This document shows positions 27,872-32,000 of a stretch of DNA of 32,000 nt, one piece after another. The notes beneath the pieces are model-generated. The model was not told the origin of the DNA. It ran no database searches and saw only the letters and a program-made list of their open reading frames with translations. The stretch spans positions 2,970,001-3,002,000 of the forward strand of contig NZ_LN831024.1 of assembly GCF_001457615.1 (NCBI RefSeq). The letters run 5' to 3'. Origin of the DNA: Pseudomonas aeruginosa. Lineage in GTDB: Bacteria; Pseudomonadota; Gammaproteobacteria; Pseudomonadales; Pseudomonadaceae. A program made the position numbers and the translations under genes. Position 1 is the first letter of the stretch. Every line of letters begins with the position of its first letter.

Positions 27872-28894
27872 CTAGCCGCGTGGATGGGTCGAGCCGCGAA
27901 CGATCAGTTGCGCCGGGAAGGTCACCCGGCGCGCCGGCTCGCGGTCGCCTTCGAGTCGCGCCAGGAGGCGCTCGAAGGCGGTGCGGCCGATTTCGTCGGT
28001 GGGTTGGGCGAGGGCGGTGATGCCGCTGCCCACCAGTGGGTACCAGTCGAGTTCGTCCAGGGCCAGCAGGCCGACCTCATCGAACAGCCGGCAGCCGAGG
28101 TCGCGCAGTTGGCGGGTGGCGCAGAGGGTGGCGACGCCGTTGCAGGTGAACAGCGCCTTCGGCCCGGGGCCGCTGGCCGAAAGGAAGGCGCGCAGGCCGT
28201 CGCGGAAGAAGTCGTCGGTTTGCAGGACCTGGCCCTTGAGCGCCGGTCGCCGGCCGATGGAGGCATTGAAGGCCTGGACCCGCTCGATCCGCGAGCTGGT
28301 GCCGTCGAGCGGTTCGGTGACCAGCAGGATGTCGCGGAAGCCGCGGTGCTGCAGGTGGTCGAGGGCCTGTTCGACGGCGTCGGCGTTGTCCAGGCCGACC
28401 AGGTCGGTATCCAGCTCGGCCAACTGGCGGTCCACCAGCACCATCGGCAGTTCGCGGTGCAGGGCGCGCAATTCGCCGGGATGGTGGCCGAGGGTGTTCA
28501 CGATCAGTCCTTCGACGTTGTAGGACTGCAGGGCGGCCAGGTGATGACGCTCCTGCTCGTCGTCGCGGTCGGTATTGCACACCACCAGGCTGTAGCCGTG
28601 TTCGCGGCAGGCGGTTTCCACGCCATGCATGACGGCCACGGAGTAGGGGTTGAGGATGTCCGCCACCAGCATTCCGATCAGCCGTGTGCGCCCGCGCTTG
28701 AGGCCTCGGGCCATCTGGTTGGGGCGGTAGTCGAGCTGGTCGATGGCGCGCTCGATGCGCCGGGCGGTGGCATCGGCGAGCAACTGGCGGTCGCCGCCGA
28801 TATAGCGCGACACGCTGGCCTTGGAGACGCCGGCGGCCTCGGCCACCTGGTTGATGGTGACGCGGCCACGGCTGGGCAGTACTGAACCATTCAC
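27872..28894 (-). CDS. ptxS: PtxS, LacI-family repressor responsive to 2-ketogluconate (340 aa)
   Basis: LacI HTH VTINQVAEAAGVSKASVSRYI plus a periplasmic-binding-protein-like sugar domain. GTG start. It is flanked by the kgu operon and ptxR. Confidence 0.9.
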   Translation of the reverse strand: MNGSVLPSRGRVTINQVAEAAGVSKASVSRYIGGDRQLLADATARRIERAIDQLDYRPNQMARGLKRGRTRLIGMLVADILNPYSVAVMHGVETACREHGYSLVVCNTDRDDEQERHHLAALQSYNVEGLIVNTLGHHPGELRALHRELPMVLVDRQLAELDTDLVGLDNADAVEQALDHLQHRGFRDILLVTEPLDGTSSRIERVQAFNASIGRRPALKGQVLQTDDFFRDGLRAFLSASGPGPKALFTCNGVATLCATRQLRDLGCRLFDEVGLLALDELDWYPLVGSGITALAQPTDEIGRTAFERLLARLEGDREPARRVTFPAQLIVRGSTHPRG

Positions 28895-28964
28895 GGACCT
28901 GGTACCTCTTGGTGCTGTTCTTATTGGTGTGTCCGGCTGGTCTTCGCCAGCGGATGCCAGGAGT

Positions 28965-28978
28965 TGAAACCGGTTTCA
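28965..28978. promoter_or_regulatory. PtxS operator TGAAACCGGTTTCA (autoregulation)
   Basis: Second perfect copy of the 14-bp palindrome, 71 nt upstream of the ptxS start. Confidence 0.85.
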
Positions 28979-29456
28979 GAAAATACCAGAAGGCCGATGC
29001 CCGTCAACGGGAAAAAAACGCCTACCGGGGCCGAGCCAGGCATGAGGCCAGGACGTTGTTCATGAAAACCGAATAATCGTTTCGAATGATGGTTTGCAAT
29101 TATTAATGTCGAATGGAATGAATGTGCCATATCTCCATAAATAAAAAGGAAGTTTGTCCAATACTTGAGAAACTACTTTAAGAAGGTTTTGTCGGTAGAA
29201 AGCGATCAATCAGGCGAGCTTCGCTGACATGAAAAGCACCCGGCCGACCGTCTGAAGCAGTTCTCATTTATCGGAAAACGAAGGTGGCGCGCTGAAACTT
29301 ATGCGCGCCTGGCGGTCTTTATCGACGACCTGACCGCCCGGTCGCGTCATCACGCTCACCGATCGTTGCGGGTCCTGTCGAATGCCGCCGTTCCGTCGCA
29401 GCAGGATTTTTCGACAAGACCCGTCCGGACCCACTTCCCGGCTAAGGAATGACAGG

Positions 29457-30395
29457 ATGAGCGCCGCCCTGGAGCGATTGAATCATCTGAACCTGAATCA
29501 CTTGTATGCCTTCGTCGCCGTCGCCGAACACAACAGCTTCACCGCCGCGGCGGAGGCCCTGGGCTTGTCGAAATCGCTACTCAGCGAGCAGTTGCGACGC
29601 CTGGAGGCCGACCTCGGGATCCAGTTGCTGACCCGTACCACCCGTCGCATGACCCTTACCGATCGCGGCGAACTGCTGTTCGGCGTGGCCCAGCGCATGC
29701 TCGGCGAGCTGGACGGCGCGCTCTCCGATGTGCGCGACCTGCAGGGCGAGCCCAGTGGCCGGTTGCGCATCACCGCGCCGCAGGACTTCGTCAAGTGGCA
29801 CATCAGCAGCGTTTCCGCGGCGTTCATCCGGCAGTTTCCCAAGGTCCAGGTGGAAATGCTGGCCGATGACCAGTTCAGCGATCTGGTCGGCCAGCGCATC
29901 GATCTCGCAGTACGTATCGGCTGGCCGCGCGACTCCGGCCTGCATGCCAGCAAGCTGTGCGACTTCCAGCAGGTTGCCGTGGCGACGCCGGGATACCTCG
30001 CCGGCCTGCCGCCGGTGCTCCAGCCGCACGACCTGGCGCGTTGCGAATGGATCGGCCATACCCGCCTGAGCACGCCCTGGACCTGGACCTTCGAACGCCA
30101 GCGCGAGCGTGCCACGGTACAGACCCGAGGGCGCCTGCTGGCGAACAACACCCTGGCGGTGTACCGCCTGGTGCTCGACGGTGCCGGCGTCAGCGTGCTG
30201 CCGAGCTTCCTGGTGGCCCGCGAGATCGCCCGCGGGCGGCTGGTCCGGCTGCTACCTGGCTGGCACCTGCCGCAGGGCGGCATCTATGCCCTGTACCCCT
30301 CGGCGCGCTACATGCCGGTGCGGGTCAGGGCGTTCATCGAGTCGCTGCGCGAGCATCTCGGTCGCGAGCCGTTCCGCCTGGCGCAGGGCGAATGA
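29457..30395 (+). CDS. ptxR: PtxR, LysR-type transcriptional regulator (312 aa)
   Basis: HTH LYAFVAVAEHNSFTAAAEALGLSKSLLSEQLRRLEADLGIQLLTRTTR. Internal ATG 29457 is preceded by AAGGA. It sits between ptxS and the pvc cluster. Confidence 0.9.
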   Translation: MSAALERLNHLNLNHLYAFVAVAEHNSFTAAAEALGLSKSLLSEQLRRLEADLGIQLLTRTTRRMTLTDRGELLFGVAQRMLGELDGALSDVRDLQGEPSGRLRITAPQDFVKWHISSVSAAFIRQFPKVQVEMLADDQFSDLVGQRIDLAVRIGWPRDSGLHASKLCDFQQVAVATPGYLAGLPPVLQPHDLARCEWIGHTRLSTPWTWTFERQRERATVQTRGRLLANNTLAVYRLVLDGAGVSVLPSFLVAREIARGRLVRLLPGWHLPQGGIYALYPSARYMPVRVRAFIESLREHLGREPFRLAQGE

Positions 30396-30420
30396 GGCTG
30401 GGCATCCGTGCTGGGGGGCT

Positions 30421-30503
30421 GTAGGGCGAATAACGCCACAGGCGTTATCCGCCGCTGGCGTCGCGGATAGGCGGCGGATAACCGCAAGCGGTTATTCGCC
30501 CTA
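30421..30503. repeat. REP doublet (two inverted REP hairpins), copy 1
   Basis: GTAGGGCGAATAACGCC-ACAG-GGCGTTATCCGCC ... GGCGGATAACCGC-AA-GCGGTTATTCGCCCTAC. Each half is a hairpin of about 13 bp and the two halves are inverted relative to each other. Confidence 0.85.
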
Positions 30504-30550
30504 CGGATCGGGCTTCGGCAGCATCTCGGTCGCAAGCCATTCCAACTGGC

Positions 30551-30633
30551 GTAGGGCGAATAACGCCACAGGCGTTATCCGCCGCCGATGCCAGGGATAG
30601 GCGGCGGATAACCGCGAGCGGTTATTCGCCCTA
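30551..30633. repeat. REP doublet, copy 2 (130 bp downstream of copy 1)
   Basis: Near-identical 83-bp unit that differs only in the 9-nt centre and one loop base. Its last 3 nt (CTA) are the pvcD stop codon on the minus strand. Confidence 0.85.
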
Positions 30634-31278
30634 CGGCCCCAGGCTGCCCAGGTAGCCGGCGAGCGCCTGGATGTCGCTATCCTCCAGGCCGCCGGCGACC
30701 GCGCGCATGGTCGCGCTGTTGCCGCGCTTGCCGTCGCGGAAGCCGTGCAACTGGGTTGCCAGGTATTCCGCCCATTGCCCGGCCAGGCGCGGCGCCTTCA
30801 GCGCCGCCAGGCCCTGGGCGGCGGGCCCGTGGCAGGTGACGCAGGGCGGTACGCCGCGCTGCGCCAGGCCGTTCTCGAAGAGCTGGCGGCCGCGTTCGCG
30901 TTGCCTCGGGTCGGCCAGGGTCTGTTCGCCGGTACTCATGCGCTGGGCGGCGAACCAGGCGGAGACGTTGACCACGTCCGCCGCGCTCAGCTCCTCGCCG
31001 CGGCCGTTGGTGGCCGGGTTGCGCCGGCGCTGGGTCTTGAGGTCGTAGATCTGCTTGTACAGGTATTCCCGGTCGAGCCCGGCGAGCTTCGGGTAGCTGC
31101 GGTTCGGCCGCGGCCCGCCGTTGCCGTCGTCGTCGTGGCAGCGCGAGCACATTTTCTGCGCCATCGCCTTGCCGCGCGCCAGGTCGGCGGGCGCGTCCGG
31201 GCCCGGCACGGCGGCGGCCAGCGGCAGGGAAAGCAGGGCCGAGAGGCAGCCGGCCAGCCAGCGTTTGCGCTCAGTCAT
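30631..31278 (-). CDS. pvcD: Secreted dihaem c-type cytochrome (cytochrome c4-like), last gene of the pvc cluster (215 aa)
   Basis: Internal ATG 31278 lies 2 nt after the pvcC stop. Signal peptide MTERKRWLAGCLSALLSLPLAAA, two CxxCH motifs (CSRCH, CVTCH), and a c4-like C-terminus GNSATMRAVAGGLEDSDIQALAGYLGSL. The symbol is assigned from position and length as I recall PAO1. Confidence 0.8.
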   Translation of the reverse strand: MTERKRWLAGCLSALLSLPLAAAVPGPDAPADLARGKAMAQKMCSRCHDDDGNGGPRPNRSYPKLAGLDREYLYKQIYDLKTQRRRNPATNGRGEELSAADVVNVSAWFAAQRMSTGEQTLADPRQRERGRQLFENGLAQRGVPPCVTCHGPAAQGLAALKAPRLAGQWAEYLATQLHGFRDGKRGNSATMRAVAGGLEDSDIQALAGYLGSLGP

Positions 31279-32000
31279 GCTGCCAGGGCCCCCGCAGCCA
31301 GCCGTGGATGTCGTAGTCGGCCATACAGCGCTGGACCATCGCCTCGCAGTAGGCCAGGTGCCCGCGACGGCTGGCCCAGGCCAGCGAGTCGAGGCGGATC
31401 TGCTCGGCATTGCCGGAATAATGGCTCTCATAGACCGCGTGGCGCGCGCCGAACTCGCTGCCGGTGGCGTCCCAGATCAGCTTGAACAGCTTCAGGCGCT
31501 GCTCCGGCTCCAGCTCGGCACCGCGGTAGTAGCTGTCCACCAGCCGCCGCGCCTCTCCGTCGCGCAGGTCGGCGGCGCCCGAGACGGTGACCAGCGGGGC
31601 GCCGCCGAGGGCGCTTTCCAGCAGCTCGCGGACCCGCTTCCAGATCTGCGGCACCTGGATGCGCAGGGCATTGGCGTACTCCAGGCGCGGCACCGCCGAC
31701 CCGGCGGCGTTGCGCTCCGGGTCGCGGGCCATGGCGGTGGTCAGCGCCTGCAGCAGGTGCTGCAGGGCGATCAGCTCGCCGAGGGCAGCCTGTATCCCGC
31801 GGAAGCCCTGGGTGCCATTGGCGCGCACGCCGAGGGAAAGCAGGCCGATCATCAGCTCCAGCTTCACCCCGAGGCGGATGCCGGACTGGAAGTTGTACAG
31901 GTTGGCGAAGCCCGACTCGGCATAGAAACCGGTGGCGCGGCGCAGGTCGCGGTAGACCAGGACGTCCTCCCAGGGAATCAGCGCCTTGTCGAACAGCAGC
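31271..32000 (-). CDS. pvcC: HpaB-family flavin-dependent monooxygenase (oxygenase component), C-terminal part (5' end outside window)
   Basis: The frame is open from the window edge (LLFDKALIPWEDVLVYRDL...) to TGA 31271-31273. The sequence resembles the C-terminal half of 4-hydroxyphenylacetate 3-monooxygenase. Confidence 0.85.
   Translation of the reverse strand, partial: LLFDKALIPWEDVLVYRDLRRATGFYAESGFANLYNFQSGIRLGVKLELMIGLLSLGVRANGTQGFRGIQAALGELIALQHLLQALTTAMARDPERNAAGSAVPRLEYANALRIQVPQIWKRVRELLESALGGAPLVTVSGAADLRDGEARRLVDSYYRGAELEPEQRLKLFKLIWDATGSEFGARHAVYESHYSGNAEQIRLDSLAWASRRGHLAYCEAMVQRCMADYDIHGWLRGPWQHD

Noticed and set aside
28921-29130. 69-aa minus-strand ORF in the ptxS-ptxR intergenic region
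   Set aside because: It spans the PtxS operator and the AT-rich island. It has no SD, an odd composition, and codon usage unlike the neighbouring high-GC3 genes.
29138-29161. PvdS iron-starvation box (TAAAT-N16-CGT) upstream of ptxR
   Set aside because: TAAAT is present at 29138-29142, but the triplet 16 nt downstream is CAA, not CGT. I could not find a properly spaced match by eye.
30421-30633. Possible CRISPR array (two 83-bp repeats with a 47-bp spacer)
   Set aside because: There are only two units. Each is an internally palindromic REP doublet, much longer than CRISPR repeats. The spacer is homologous to the adjacent ptxR 3' end, and there are no cas genes.

Overview
High-GC gamma-proteobacterial chromosome. 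Gene content and order match what I remember of Pseudomonas aeruginosa PAO1 PA2289->PA2256 read in reverse; this is recollection, not a database check. I call 32 complete CDS plus 2 truncated at the window edges. I see no rRNA, tRNA, CRISPR, integrase or transposase. Left to right: TonB-dependent receptor 3' end; a 95-aa ORF behind a near-consensus SOS box; a six-gene translationally coupled minus-strand operon (secreted protein, two polytopic M48 Zn-proteases, three paralogous TM-hairpin proteins) with a divergent AraC regulator; arsRBCH; an AraC/Zn-ADH divergent pair; soxR with its SoxR box and the divergent ABM-type monooxygenase; the PBP3 paralog pbpC; GNAT, TetR and a divergent MFS pump; a LysR regulator with a divergent GATase-ABM fusion gene; three-subunit gluconate 2-dehydrogenase; kguEKTD; ptxS; ptxR; two REP doublets; pvcD and the 3' part of pvcC. 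Most of this is well-studied metabolism and regulation. The best candidate for an undescribed system is the M48/TM-hairpin operon (742-6128), which sits 12 bp from an SOS-controlled gene. Secondary curiosities are a CTP-synthase-like GATase domain (catalytic His->Gln) fused to an ABM domain, a diverged copy of the ptxR 3' end between REP doublets, a pvcD that reads as a dihaem cytochrome c, and an AT-rich island upstream of ptxR. Internal starts were derived from the ORF-track frames. Intergenic motif coordinates were counted from flanking ORF boundaries and could be off by 1 nt.
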